DNA of 64,000 nucleotides from Bacillus thermozeamaize. GTDB lineage: Bacteria > Bacillota > Bacilli > ZCTH02-B2. A program made the translations under genes and the position numbers. Each line of letters starts with the position of its first letter. Position 1 is the first letter of the stretch. Location of the stretch: positions 6,177 through 70,176 of the forward strand of contig LZRT01000085.1 in NCBI GenBank assembly GCA_002159075.1, in the 5' to 3' direction. Below the pieces are notes generated by a model. It searched no databases. It was not told the origin of the DNA and was given only the letters and a program-made list of their open reading frames with translations. This document shows, in pieces, positions 30,723-40,577 of the stretch.

Positions 30723-30850
30723 ATGATTTTAATCTACTTGTTTATCCTATCATCCATTTGGGTGTTCTGCAAATCAAATGATTACCAAGAATCAAGACAT
30801 TTTTATGAAGAATTTTTTACCCGAGAAATGATGGCGTGTTTTTTTGACGT

Positions 30851-30866
30851 TGGCATACTTTTTGCT
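30851..30866 (+). promoter_or_regulatory. Sigma-54 promoter P3
   Basis: TGGCAT-ACTTT-TTGCT. Confidence 0.85.
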
Positions 30867-30947
30867 GATTTTAGATGGGTGAAATACTTCTTTTATTTCA
30901 TTCATCCGAGAATTTTGGAATAAACATGCAGAAGAGAGGGGAGTGCA

Positions 30948-32912
30948 ATGGAAATTTACGGACACGAAGAATCTTTGAAGATGATTCAGCAAGCGCGCTT
31001 GATCGAACCTTCTGAGTCGATTCGCAGTGTCTCCTACGTCCGCAGTATGAATGAGTATCAACAAAAGTATGAAAAGACAAAGGCGTCTCCCGAATTGTTC
31101 TGGGAAGAGGTGGCCAAAGAGCTCCGTTGGATGGCGCCTTGGAAGGAGGTGCTTACGGGCAGTTTGCCTGATTTCCAGTTTTTTCGCGGGGGCATGATCA
31201 ATATTTGCGACAACTGCGTGGATCGACACCTGGAGACGCACCGGCGAAACAAGGCGGCCATTATTTGGGAAGGAGAAGACGGAAGTTCCAAAGTTCTTAC
31301 TTACCAGATGCTGCACGACGAAGTGTGCCGTTTCGCCAATGTTTTGAAAAGGCACGGCGTGAAAAAAGGGGATGTCATTTCGGTTTACATGCAAAATTTG
31401 CCTGAGACGTTCATCGCGTTGTTGGCCTGTTTCCGCATCGGGGCGGTGTACAATACGGTGTTTGCCGGGTTTTCGCCGGAGGCGCTGCGTGAGCGGATCA
31501 ATGATTCCAAAGCCAAGATCCTGATCACCGCTGATGTCAGTTACCGCCGCGGGCGGGTGATTCCCCTGAAAGAAAACGCCGATAAGGCGATCGCAGAGGC
31601 GCCGACCATTGAAAAGGTGATTGTTTTTCGCAGGGGCGGCGTCGAGGTGCCGATGACCCCCGGCAGGGATCTCGACTGGTCCGAGGAAATGCAAGGAGCG
31701 GGCCGGGATTATCCATGCGAACCTGTGGAAGCGAACGAACCGGGCTTGTTGATTTATACCAGCGGCACAAGCGGGAAGCCGAAAGGGATTGTTCACGCAC
31801 ACGGCGGGTTTTTAGTGGGAACCTATGCCTATACCAAGTATTCCCTGGATCTGCAGGAGCGGGACATCTATTGGAATACCGCCGATATCGGCTGGTTGAC
31901 GTCGCACATTTTCGTCCTGGTGGGCGGACTGGCTTTGGGCGCGACGGTGATCTTGTATGAAGGGGCGTTGGATCATCCCCATCCGGGCCGTGTCTACGAA
32001 ATGATCGAACGCTACCGGGTAAACAAATTGTTTTCGGCACCCACCGCTTACCGGATGTTGGTCAAATTCGGCAAGGAGTTGCCGCAACAGTACGATCTGA
32101 GCAGCTTAGAGCTGTTCGCTTCCGTCGGTGAGCCGTTCAACCCCGAAGCCTGGGAGTGGGTGTACCGGCATCTGGGTGGGGGAAAAGCGGTCATTTCCAA
32201 TACCTGGGGGCAGACGGAAACGGGCGGCACGCCGTTGTGCGGCTTGCCCGGGGCGGTGCCGATGAAACCCGGTTCTTGCGGCGTGCCGCTTTTCGGCCAT
32301 GTATTGGACATTGTGGATGAAAAGGGAGAGTCCTGTCCCGATGGAGTGCCGGGAAACTTGATCATCCGCCGGCCGTTTCCCTCGTTGGCAAGGGATGTGT
32401 ATGGCGATCGGGAACGTTATCTCAACACCTACTTTTCACAGGTGCCTGGGGCCTATTTCACAGGGGACGCGGCAGTGCGGGATGCGGATGGGCACTATTG
32501 GGTGCTCGGGAGGACGGATGATGTGATCAATGTGTCCGGCCACCGCATTTCGACGATGGAAATGGAAAGCGCTCTCGTCGCCTATCCCAATGTCGTGGAG
32601 GCGGCTGTGGTGGAAAAACCTGATCCGATTAAAGGAGCGGTTCCCGTTGCCTTTGTCCTGCTTGAACCGGGTACGGAGAAGTCCAAGGAACTGGAAGAGG
32701 CGCTGATGAACCAAGTGGTTCAGGAAATTGGCGCCTTTGCCCGGCCGGCACGCATCTACCTCGTCGACGCCCTGCCGCGGACACGGAGTGGAAAAATCAT
32801 TCGCCGCATGCTGCGGGAGTTGGTGACGGAAGGACAAGTGAAGGGGGACAGGACTGGGCTTGAGGATGCCGACGCTTTGGAGCAGCTGATGAAAGATATC
32901 GGGAATGTGTGA
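30948..32912 (+). CDS. acs: Acetyl-CoA synthetase (acetate/propionate-CoA ligase)
   Basis: 'NCVDRH', 'AAIIWEGE', YTSGTSGKPKG, 'TADIGWLT', 'TWGQTETGG', 'LPRTRSGKIIRR'. Confidence 0.88.
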   Translation: MEIYGHEESLKMIQQARLIEPSESIRSVSYVRSMNEYQQKYEKTKASPELFWEEVAKELRWMAPWKEVLTGSLPDFQFFRGGMINICDNCVDRHLETHRRNKAAIIWEGEDGSSKVLTYQMLHDEVCRFANVLKRHGVKKGDVISVYMQNLPETFIALLACFRIGAVYNTVFAGFSPEALRERINDSKAKILITADVSYRRGRVIPLKENADKAIAEAPTIEKVIVFRRGGVEVPMTPGRDLDWSEEMQGAGRDYPCEPVEANEPGLLIYTSGTSGKPKGIVHAHGGFLVGTYAYTKYSLDLQERDIYWNTADIGWLTSHIFVLVGGLALGATVILYEGALDHPHPGRVYEMIERYRVNKLFSAPTAYRMLVKFGKELPQQYDLSSLELFASVGEPFNPEAWEWVYRHLGGGKAVISNTWGQTETGGTPLCGLPGAVPMKPGSCGVPLFGHVLDIVDEKGESCPDGVPGNLIIRRPFPSLARDVYGDRERYLNTYFSQVPGAYFTGDAAVRDADGHYWVLGRTDDVINVSGHRISTMEMESALVAYPNVVEAAVVEKPDPIKGAVPVAFVLLEPGTEKSKELEEALMNQVVQEIGAFARPARIYLVDALPRTRSGKIIRRMLRELVTEGQVKGDRTGLEDADALEQLMKDIGNV

Positions 32913-32941
32913 AGCCAAAAGGGAAAGGAGGAAGGGAAGGC

Positions 32942-33316
32942 ATGGAGAACCGCGATCAACGCGCGATGATCGGCATGTTGTTTATCGTTTGTGTCTTGAT
33001 TGCCGGCATGTTGCTCAACCAATGGGCGGTGGTTCTGTATGCGGGCCTGGCGTTAATCGGAGTGAGTCTTGTCGCCGGCATGCGAACCACTCTCTTGCCG
33101 GCGATGGTCGCCCTCATCTATGCATTGTTGTTTTCTCTCACGGTCTGGCTGAGCTTTTTGCAACCCGACGCTTACATCTTGGGCTGGCGGCCCGCAACGT
33201 TTATCGTCGTTTACCTCATCTGGCCGCTCGGTTCCATCCTCGGGGTCTTTTACGCGGTGCTGTTCTCCAAGGAACAGCGAACATTGTCCAACCGGGCCAG
33301 GGGATTGGAAGGATAG
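32942..33316 (+). CDS. Small membrane protein preceding the SSS transporter
   Basis: About four hydrophobic segments; RBS before ATG 32942. Confidence 0.7.
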   Translation: MENRDQRAMIGMLFIVCVLIAGMLLNQWAVVLYAGLALIGVSLVAGMRTTLLPAMVALIYALLFSLTVWLSFLQPDAYILGWRPATFIVVYLIWPLGSILGVFYAVLFSKEQRTLSNRARGLEG

Positions 33317-33343
33317 GCTGAGCATGGGAAGGGGGATATCTAG

Positions 33344-34813
33344 ATGAACAGTATCATTCTGGTGATTGCCATCCTTTATTTGCTTATAACGATGGGGATT
33401 GGAATTTGGGCGGTCAAGCGCACCAAGAGCAGCGGGGATTTCTTTATTGCGGGCCGCAATATCGGGATGTTGACGATGGCCATCGCCGCCTTCGCTTCGA
33501 TTCAAAGCGGCTTTGGTGTCGTCGGCGGGGTTTCGCAAACCTTCAGCAACGGATTGGGATTTGTGGTGGGAGTGATGTTTGCCGCGCCGCTCGGGTTTGC
33601 CCTGACGTGGTTTCTTGTGGGAAGAAAAATTTGGCGGCTCGGGGGTTTGGGCGAGATTTACACGTTAGGGGATCTGGTGGCCAAGCGTTACAATAGCGAA
33701 TCCGTGCGCTTTTGGCTTTCCGTCGCCATTTTTCTCGGTGTGATCGGGTATTTGGGCACTCAGGTGCAGGCAATGGGTGTGGTGATGCAGGCTATCTTCG
33801 GGGGGCCGCTGTTGCTCGGTTCTTTCATTGGTTTGGCGATCATGGCCATTTATAGTGCCATCGGCGGCATGGTGGCGGGAGTTTACACCGATTTGTTCCA
33901 GGGAATTCTGATGGTGCTCGCGGCGGTCGTCGTTTTTTTCTCCGCGTTGCGGGCAGGCGGAGGGGTGCTTGAGATCAACCAGACGCTGCATGCAGAAAAT
34001 CCGGACTTGACGTCGCCGTTCGGGATGATGCCGCTCATCACCATCTTTTGCTGGTTTGTGTTATTCAGCCTCGGTGCGGCCGGACAACCGCATTTTTTGA
34101 CCAAGTTCTTGATGGTGAAAAACGAAAAGGAGTTGAAATGGGGCGCTTTTACATCATCGTTCGCCTACATGCTTTCGACCTTGATCGCGATCGGGATTGG
34201 GTTGGCCGCCTTGTCGCTGTCGATCAAAGGGGAATTTCCGAAGATTTCTTCCCCGGATCAGACATTGACCACCTTTTTGCTGGAATACGCTTCGCCTGTC
34301 GTGGCGGGCCTGGTGATGGCCGGTCTGATGGCGGCGATCATGTCGACGGGCAGCAGTTTTGTCAATTTGGGAGCGGCTTGCATTGTCAGGGATATTCCGA
34401 AAGCACTGGGGATTCAGGTGAAGAATGAGCTGTTCTGGAGCCGGATGGTGACATTGTTGTTGTTTGTGCTCTCATTTCTCTTTGCCGTGTATATGGATAC
34501 GCTGGTGGCGCTTTTAGGCGTGTTTGGTTGGGGAACCTTCGCCACCACCATTTTTCCTGCGGTGGTGCTGGGGCTGTTATGGGAGGGCGCGACGGCCGCG
34601 GGGGCCGTGAGCAGCATTGTGGTTGGATTGGTGCTGAGTTTTGTTTTGGAGGTCGGCGGAAAGTATGGACTCAAGGTGCTTCCTCCGGGCGTGATCAATG
34701 GTGCCTTTACGTTTGCCGTTTCGATTGCGGTGTTTATCGCTGTCTCCATGTTGACGCAGCAGCGGCAAGCGGAACTGGATCATGAGGTGCGCAAGATTGT
34801 CAATGAGGCGTGA
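33344..34813 (+). CDS. Sodium:solute symporter (SSS family)
   Basis: 'DFFIAGRNIG', 'GGMVAGVYTDLFQG', 'GQPHFLTKF', 'AAIMST', 'GLLWEGATAAGA'. Confidence 0.92.
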   Translation: MNSIILVIAILYLLITMGIGIWAVKRTKSSGDFFIAGRNIGMLTMAIAAFASIQSGFGVVGGVSQTFSNGLGFVVGVMFAAPLGFALTWFLVGRKIWRLGGLGEIYTLGDLVAKRYNSESVRFWLSVAIFLGVIGYLGTQVQAMGVVMQAIFGGPLLLGSFIGLAIMAIYSAIGGMVAGVYTDLFQGILMVLAAVVVFFSALRAGGGVLEINQTLHAENPDLTSPFGMMPLITIFCWFVLFSLGAAGQPHFLTKFLMVKNEKELKWGAFTSSFAYMLSTLIAIGIGLAALSLSIKGEFPKISSPDQTLTTFLLEYASPVVAGLVMAGLMAAIMSTGSSFVNLGAACIVRDIPKALGIQVKNELFWSRMVTLLLFVLSFLFAVYMDTLVALLGVFGWGTFATTIFPAVVLGLLWEGATAAGAVSSIVVGLVLSFVLEVGGKYGLKVLPPGVINGAFTFAVSIAVFIAVSMLTQQRQAELDHEVRKIVNEA

Positions 34814-34851
34814 CCGTGATGAAGTCATCTGGGATGAGAGGGGAATGAGGC

Positions 34852-36411
34852 ATGGATGTGGGTTACCTGTTGCGGCGAATCACTGGCGAGACATGCGGCA
34901 TTGATGCGCAACAAGTGGCCTTGCAGTTGGAGGATGGCCCGCGCTGGACGTATCAGGAGCTGCATGAGGTGAGTAACCGGTATGCCAATGCGTTTTTAAG
35001 CATGGGTGTGCAAAAAGGGGACCGGATAGGGATCCTGTTATACAACTGTTTGGAGTACTGGGCCGTTTACTTCGCCGCCGCAAAAATCGGGGCGATTGCG
35101 GTGCGGCTCAACTTCCGCCTTGTCAGTGAAGAGCTGGAGTACGCGTTAAACGACTCGGGGACGAAGATCTTGTGTTTGGAGCCGGCTTTCGTGGAACGGA
35201 TTGAGCCGATTCGCGACCTGGTGCCCGTGACGAAATACATCTGTTTGTGCAGAGAAGGGGAATCTTGCCCGGACTGGTGCGAACCTTGGGAAGTGTTGAT
35301 GGAAGGGGAGCCCGTTGTAAGCGCTTCGATTCCGATCGATGCACAGGATCCGGTGATGTTGATGTATACCTCGGGAACGACCGGAAGACCCAAGGGAGCT
35401 CTGTGGACCCACGCCAACACGCTCTGGTTTTCTTCGATGCAGGTGATGAAATGGGGACTGTGCGCGACCGATGTCAGCATGACGACGGGACCGTTGTATC
35501 ACGTCGGTGCAATGGAGGACTTGGCGCTGCCGACGTTGCTGGCAGGCGGGCGGGTGATCATCACCAAGAGCGGCGGGTTTGACATCCGGCGTGTCTTGAG
35601 GGTCATGGAAAAAGAGAAGGTGACCTATGCGTTGTTGTTTCCCTTCATGATATACGACATGTTGAATCTGGAGGATTTGGCTGCCTATTCGTTGCCCGGG
35701 ATGAAAGCCATCCTCTCCGGCGGCGATCCGGTGATGCCCTGGGCGATTGAGCGGTTAAATGAGCAATTTCCGCATGTCGGCTTGATCCAGATCTACGGTC
35801 TGACAGAAGGCACGCCCATTGCGGCTTCCCTAGACCCGCAGGATGCGGCTGTCAAAGGGCACACCGTCGGCAAACCGTTGCCATTGGTGGAGATCAAGAT
35901 CGCAGATGATTCTGGGCGCACGCTGAAGCGGGGTGAGATTGGCGAAATCTGGATCAAGAGTCCCGCTGTCGCCAGGGAATACTGGGGCAAGCCGGAGGCG
36001 ACGCGGGATACTTTTGTTGACGGCTGGTGCAAGACGGGCGATCTGGGCCGGATCGACGAAGAGGGGTACCTGATCATTTCAGGACGGAAAAAGGATATGA
36101 TCCGCAGCGGGGGAGAAAATATCTATCCGGCGGAACTGGAGGATGTGCTGATCCGTCATCCGGGAATCAAAGATGTGGCCATCATCGGAGTTCCCGATCC
36201 AAAATATTTGGAAGCGGTCTGCGCCGTGATTGTCCCCAAGCCCGAAGCTGAATTGACGGAAGAGGAAGTGATCCGCTACAGCCGGGAGCATCTGGCTGGA
36301 TATAAAACGCCCCGGCATGTGGTATTCGTGGAGGAATTGCCCCGAACGCCATCCGGAAAGATTACCAAGTACAAGTTGCGGGAAGCGTATCGCCATCTAG
36401 GCGAACGGTGA
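34852..36411 (+). CDS. AMP-dependent acyl-CoA synthetase
   Basis: YTSGTTGRPKG, YGLTE, 'KTGDLG', 'SGGENIYP', 'LPRTPSGKITK'. Confidence 0.92.
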   Translation: MDVGYLLRRITGETCGIDAQQVALQLEDGPRWTYQELHEVSNRYANAFLSMGVQKGDRIGILLYNCLEYWAVYFAAAKIGAIAVRLNFRLVSEELEYALNDSGTKILCLEPAFVERIEPIRDLVPVTKYICLCREGESCPDWCEPWEVLMEGEPVVSASIPIDAQDPVMLMYTSGTTGRPKGALWTHANTLWFSSMQVMKWGLCATDVSMTTGPLYHVGAMEDLALPTLLAGGRVIITKSGGFDIRRVLRVMEKEKVTYALLFPFMIYDMLNLEDLAAYSLPGMKAILSGGDPVMPWAIERLNEQFPHVGLIQIYGLTEGTPIAASLDPQDAAVKGHTVGKPLPLVEIKIADDSGRTLKRGEIGEIWIKSPAVAREYWGKPEATRDTFVDGWCKTGDLGRIDEEGYLIISGRKKDMIRSGGENIYPAELEDVLIRHPGIKDVAIIGVPDPKYLEAVCAVIVPKPEAELTEEEVIRYSREHLAGYKTPRHVVFVEELPRTPSGKITKYKLREAYRHLGER

Positions 36412-36445
36412 GTATCGCCGGGCAAGATGTTTGACGGTAAACAAG

Positions 36446-36468
36446 TGTATATTTTTGCTTACAAATGT
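36446..36468. promoter_or_regulatory. Putative UAS-4
   Basis: TGT-ATATTTTTGCTT-ACA-AA-TGT. Confidence 0.65.
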
Positions 36469-36536
36469 ATAGTTCTCTTGCTGGTTTTCATCACGTCGAT
36501 TCCCGTGTTTAACGTCAGAAAATGGAATGAAAGTAT

Positions 36537-36552
36537 TGGCACGGAATTTGCT
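36537..36552 (+). promoter_or_regulatory. Sigma-54 promoter P4
   Basis: TGGCAC-GGAAT-TTGCT (consensus). Confidence 0.9.
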
Positions 36553-36658
36553 TCTTAAACATCAATGAATGGCACAAGCGATCTTTGGCGAGAAGCTGCC
36601 ATGATTCGATGGATGTTCATGCAACAAGCGCTACGGGCTAGAACGAGGAGGACAGTGA

Positions 36659-38188
36659 ATGGCTCAGACGAATGAAAAACTGCTTGCCGAAAAAGAGCGG
36701 ATACTGCGTGGAGGTGCGCAGAAATATCACGAAAAAAACGCGGAACAGGGCAAACTGTTTGTCCGCAAGCGCCTGGAACTGCTGTTTGATCCCGGATCGA
36801 TCGTGGAAGATGGACTGTTTGCCAATAACGAGGATCCCGATTTGCCTGCCGACGCCACGGTGACAGGCATCGGAACCATCGGGGGGCGGCCGGTCTGCTT
36901 TTTTGCCGCTGATTCAACCGTGAAGGCCGGTTCCTGGGGAGCCAAATCGGTCGAAAAGAACATCCGGATTCAAGAGAAGGCCATGGCTTTGAAAATCCCG
37001 ATTCTCTATCTGATTGACTCAGCCGGTGCCCGGATTACCGATCAGATTGAAATGTTTCCTGGCCGCCGTCATGCTGGAAGAATTTTTTACAACCAGGTGC
37101 AACTGTCCGGAGTGGTGCCGCAGATCGCGATTCTGTTCGGTCCATCGCCGGCCGGCGCCGCTTATGTGCCCGCCTTTTGCGACTTGGTGATCATGGTGGA
37201 ACACAATGCCAGCGCCTATCTCGGTTCGCCGCGGATGGTCGAGGTGGCGATCGGGGAAAAGGTGAGCATGGAAAAGATGGGCGGCGCCAGGATGCATTGT
37301 ACCGTGAGCGGTCTGGGGGATGTGCTGGTGCAAACGGAGGAAGAGGCCATCGAGGTGTGCAAACAATACCTTTCTTACATGCCCCAGAACTTTCGTGAAA
37401 AACCGGCTGTCGTCGAGGCCCGGCCGCCGGCAGAAGGGCGCCGGATTGGCGAGATCATCCCGGAGAACCAGAATGCGCCGTTTGACATGTACGAGTTGAT
37501 CGATCGGATCATCGACCGGGACAGCTGGTTCGAAATCAAGAAATTGTATGCCCCCGAGATCATTACCGGCTTGGCGCGGATGGATGGCAAGGTGGTCGGT
37601 ATCGTCGCCAACCAGCCCAAGGTGAAAGGCGGCACGCTGTTTATCGATTCGTCGGACAAGGCGGCACGGTTTATCTGGTTGTGCAACGCTTTTTCCATTC
37701 CGCTGTTGTTTTTGGCGGACGTGCCCGGTTTCATGATCGGCTCGCAGGTGGAGCGGGCGGGGATCATCCGCCATGGCGCGAAAATGATTTCTGCCGTCTC
37801 CGAGGCGACGGTGCCCAAACTCTCGGTGATCGTCCGCAAGTGTTATGGCGCCGGTCTGTATGCCATGGCAGGGCCAGCCTTTGAACCGGACGCTTGTATC
37901 GCTTTGCCGTCTGCCTCCATTGCCGTCATGGGCCCGGAGGCGGCAGTCAACGCGGTGTACTACAACAAAATACAGGAACTTCCCGAGGAGGAGCGGGCGG
38001 AATTTATTGCCCGGAAACGCCAGGAATACGCGGCAGATATTGATATTTACCGCGTTGCTTCCGAGCTGATTGTGGATGAGATTATTCCTTTTGACCATTT
38101 GCGCCAGGAAGTCATTCGCCGTTTCCGCCTGTACGAGAGCAAAAGCGTGACCCTGCCTGAAAAACGCAATCCGGTTCATCCCGTTTAG
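36659..38188 (+). CDS. Acyl-CoA carboxylase carboxyltransferase subunit (YngE/MccB-like)
   Basis: 'GKLFVRKRL', 'DSTVKAGSWG', 'DSAGARITDQIEMFPG', 'GAGLYAMAGPAF'. Confidence 0.92.
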   Translation: MAQTNEKLLAEKERILRGGAQKYHEKNAEQGKLFVRKRLELLFDPGSIVEDGLFANNEDPDLPADATVTGIGTIGGRPVCFFAADSTVKAGSWGAKSVEKNIRIQEKAMALKIPILYLIDSAGARITDQIEMFPGRRHAGRIFYNQVQLSGVVPQIAILFGPSPAGAAYVPAFCDLVIMVEHNASAYLGSPRMVEVAIGEKVSMEKMGGARMHCTVSGLGDVLVQTEEEAIEVCKQYLSYMPQNFREKPAVVEARPPAEGRRIGEIIPENQNAPFDMYELIDRIIDRDSWFEIKKLYAPEIITGLARMDGKVVGIVANQPKVKGGTLFIDSSDKAARFIWLCNAFSIPLLFLADVPGFMIGSQVERAGIIRHGAKMISAVSEATVPKLSVIVRKCYGAGLYAMAGPAFEPDACIALPSASIAVMGPEAAVNAVYYNKIQELPEEERAEFIARKRQEYAADIDIYRVASELIVDEIIPFDHLRQEVIRRFRLYESKSVTLPEKRNPVHPV

Positions 38189-38329
38189 ATGATCTTGCCG
38201 GTTCCTTTGCTACATGCGATTTGGCTTGCGAGTTTTGTGATTTAAAGATAAATGCACAGATAAATTCTTGTGATGCCATGCTTTCAACTAAAATACTCTA
38301 AACTTATCCGATAAGGGAGATGTGTTCGC

Positions 38330-38539
38330 ATGAATGTGACATCCAGCATGAGTGGGACTGTGTTTCGGATTCTGGTTCAGCCGGGGGATCAGGTAAACCC
38401 GGGTGACGAGGTGATGATTTTGGAATCAATGAAAATGGAAATCCCGATTGTCGCTGAGGAGGGCGGTACTGTAAAAGAAGTCCGGGTCGCGGAGGGAGAG
38501 TTTGTCCAGGAAGGTGATGTGGTGGTCGTGCTCGGGTAA
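38330..38539 (+). CDS. Stand-alone biotin carboxyl carrier protein (YngHB-like)
   Basis: 69 aa; 'LESMKMEIP' biotinylation motif. Confidence 0.9.
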   Translation: MNVTSSMSGTVFRILVQPGDQVNPGDEVMILESMKMEIPIVAEEGGTVKEVRVAEGEFVQEGDVVVVLG

Positions 38540-38658
38540 CGAGCGGGCATGGGCTCGGATTGGGGCTGAAGGCGCAGGGGAAGAGTCTATGGTGAAACAC
38601 GTGCTGCGGACACCGACAAGTGACTGTGTTCGGGAAGTGGGGGAAGGAGTGGAAAGAG

Positions 38659-39996
38659 ATGTCATACTTTAAGAAAATTTTGATTGCCAATCGCGGTGAG
38701 ATTGCCCGCCGTGTCATCAAAACGTGCCGAAAGCTGGGCATTCAAACGGTGGCCGTTTATTCGGAAGCGGACAAAGAGATGCCCTTTGTCAGGGAGGCGG
38801 ATGAGTCGGTCCTGCTGGGACCGGCCCCGGCCGCCAAAAGTTACATGGACATTGAGAAAGTCCTGGATGCCGCCATCGCTACGGGTGCCGAAGCGATCCA
38901 CCCGGGTTACGGATTTTTGTCGGAAAATCCGGCGTTTGCCCGCCGCTGTCTGGAAAAAGGGCTGGTCTTTATTGGGCCTCGTCCGGAAGTGATTCAAGCG
39001 ATGGGCAGCAAGATAGCATCGCGCCGCAAGATGCGGCAGGCCGGGGTTCCGGTCGTCCCCGGATGGGATGAGGACATTCCTACGGTAGAGGAAGCGAAAC
39101 GCATCGCGGCGGAGATTGGGTATCCCTTGATGCTGAAAGCCAGCGCCGGCGGCGGCGGGATCGGCATGCAAGTGGTCCGTACGCCGGAGGAGTTGGAGAG
39201 GGCATTTGTTTCCACCAGGCAGCGGGCGCAAACCTATTTCGGCAGCGGGGAAGTGTTTCTTGAAAAATGGATCACCCAGCCGCGGCACATTGAGGTGCAG
39301 GTGGCGAGGGATGCGCATGGTCAAGGCATTCATCTGTTCGAGCGTGAATGTTCCATTCAGCGCCGGCACCAGAAAGTGCTGGAGGAAACCCCTTCCCCCT
39401 TCCTGGACGAGAGGATGCGGGAGGCGCTGTTTGCAGCGGCGCTCCGGGGCATGGAGGCGATTGATTACACCAATCTGGGCACGATGGAATTCATTTTTGA
39501 CGGTGAGGGCAATTTTTATTTCCTCGAAATGAACACCCGCCTCCAGGTGGAACACCCGGTCACCGAAGAGACGACCGGGTTGGACCTGGTGGAGTTGCAG
39601 CTGCGGATTGCGGCGGGCGAGCCCCTTGGCTTGGCGCAGGAGGCGATCAGACAAACGGGCCATGCCCTGGAATGCCGGATTTACGCAGAAGATCCGAAAA
39701 CCTTTCTTCCTTCTCCGGGCAAGGTGGAGCGATTGGTATTGCCGGAAGGCGCGCGGTATGATTTCGCGGTAGAGGAAGGAAACCAGGTGACGCCGTTTTA
39801 CGATCCGATGATCGGGAAGGTGATTACCTCCGGTGCGACGCGGAAAGAAACGATTGAGAAGATGATCCGTGTGCTTTCAGAGATGATGGTGGAAGGTTTG
39901 AAGACCAATCTGCCATTATTGCTTGAGGTGTGCCGGAATGAAGCGTTTCAGGAAGGACGGTTTGACACCGGTTTTTTGGCGCACATGGGAAAATAA
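38659..39996 (+). CDS. Biotin carboxylase subunit
   Basis: 'KILIANRGEIA', 'HPGYGFLSEN', 'ERECSIQRRHQK', 'EMNTRLQVEH'. Confidence 0.95.
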   Translation: MSYFKKILIANRGEIARRVIKTCRKLGIQTVAVYSEADKEMPFVREADESVLLGPAPAAKSYMDIEKVLDAAIATGAEAIHPGYGFLSENPAFARRCLEKGLVFIGPRPEVIQAMGSKIASRRKMRQAGVPVVPGWDEDIPTVEEAKRIAAEIGYPLMLKASAGGGGIGMQVVRTPEELERAFVSTRQRAQTYFGSGEVFLEKWITQPRHIEVQVARDAHGQGIHLFERECSIQRRHQKVLEETPSPFLDERMREALFAAALRGMEAIDYTNLGTMEFIFDGEGNFYFLEMNTRLQVEHPVTEETTGLDLVELQLRIAAGEPLGLAQEAIRQTGHALECRIYAEDPKTFLPSPGKVERLVLPEGARYDFAVEEGNQVTPFYDPMIGKVITSGATRKETIEKMIRVLSEMMVEGLKTNLPLLLEVCRNEAFQEGRFDTGFLAHMGK

Positions 39997-40056
39997 CCTG
40001 TAACTTGACGGTAGACGATGCCCAAGCGAGGCTGGTTGGAGAAAGGGGAGACGAAG

Positions 40057-40500
40057 GTGAACATCGACAAATACTTTGAGGAATATGAAATTGGGGAGCG
40101 TTTCGTATCGCGCGGCCGGACGATCACGGAAGCCGATCTGGTCAACTTCTCCGGCATTTCGGGAGATTGGTATCCGTTGCACACCGATGTGGAATATGTG
40201 AAGACGACACCTTTCAAACAGCGGATTGCACATGGCATGTTGGTCCTGTCTATCGGCACGGGCCTATGCAATTTGCAACCAGGATATCTCATCGCCTTTT
40301 ACGGGATGGATCGGGTGCGCTTTGTCAATCCCACTTTTATCGGCGACACCATTCATGTTGAGTCCGAGGTGACGGAGAAGACAGATAAAGGAGAGCGGGG
40401 CGGCGTACTGACCTTTCGTCAGGAGATTAAGAAGCAGACCGGTGAAGTGGTGGTCAGCGCGATGAAGAAAATCCTGGTGGCCAAAAAACCGGCTTGCTAA
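40057..40500 (+). CDS. MaoC-family (R)-specific enoyl-CoA hydratase/dehydratase
   Basis: 'RTITEAD', 'SGDWYPLHTD', 'RIAHG', 'RFVNPTFIGDTI'. Confidence 0.9.
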   Translation: MNIDKYFEEYEIGERFVSRGRTITEADLVNFSGISGDWYPLHTDVEYVKTTPFKQRIAHGMLVLSIGTGLCNLQPGYLIAFYGMDRVRFVNPTFIGDTIHVESEVTEKTDKGERGGVLTFRQEIKKQTGEVVVSAMKKILVAKKPAC

Positions 40501-40577
40501 TTGATCGTTCCATGACGGACAGATTTGTCTGAAGGCGGGCCGGACGGTCATGAAGCCAGAGAAATGGGGGGTCAGAG

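Noticed and set aside
36570..36585. Second TGGCAC as an additional sigma-54 promoter
   Set aside because: No TTGC at the -12 position (reads ATCT)
37019..39663. Long minus-strand ORFs (386 and 333 aa; similar ones at 30792-31802, 22714-23604, 52809-53639)
   Set aside because: Antisense shadows of well-supported GC-rich genes, with no motifs or RBS
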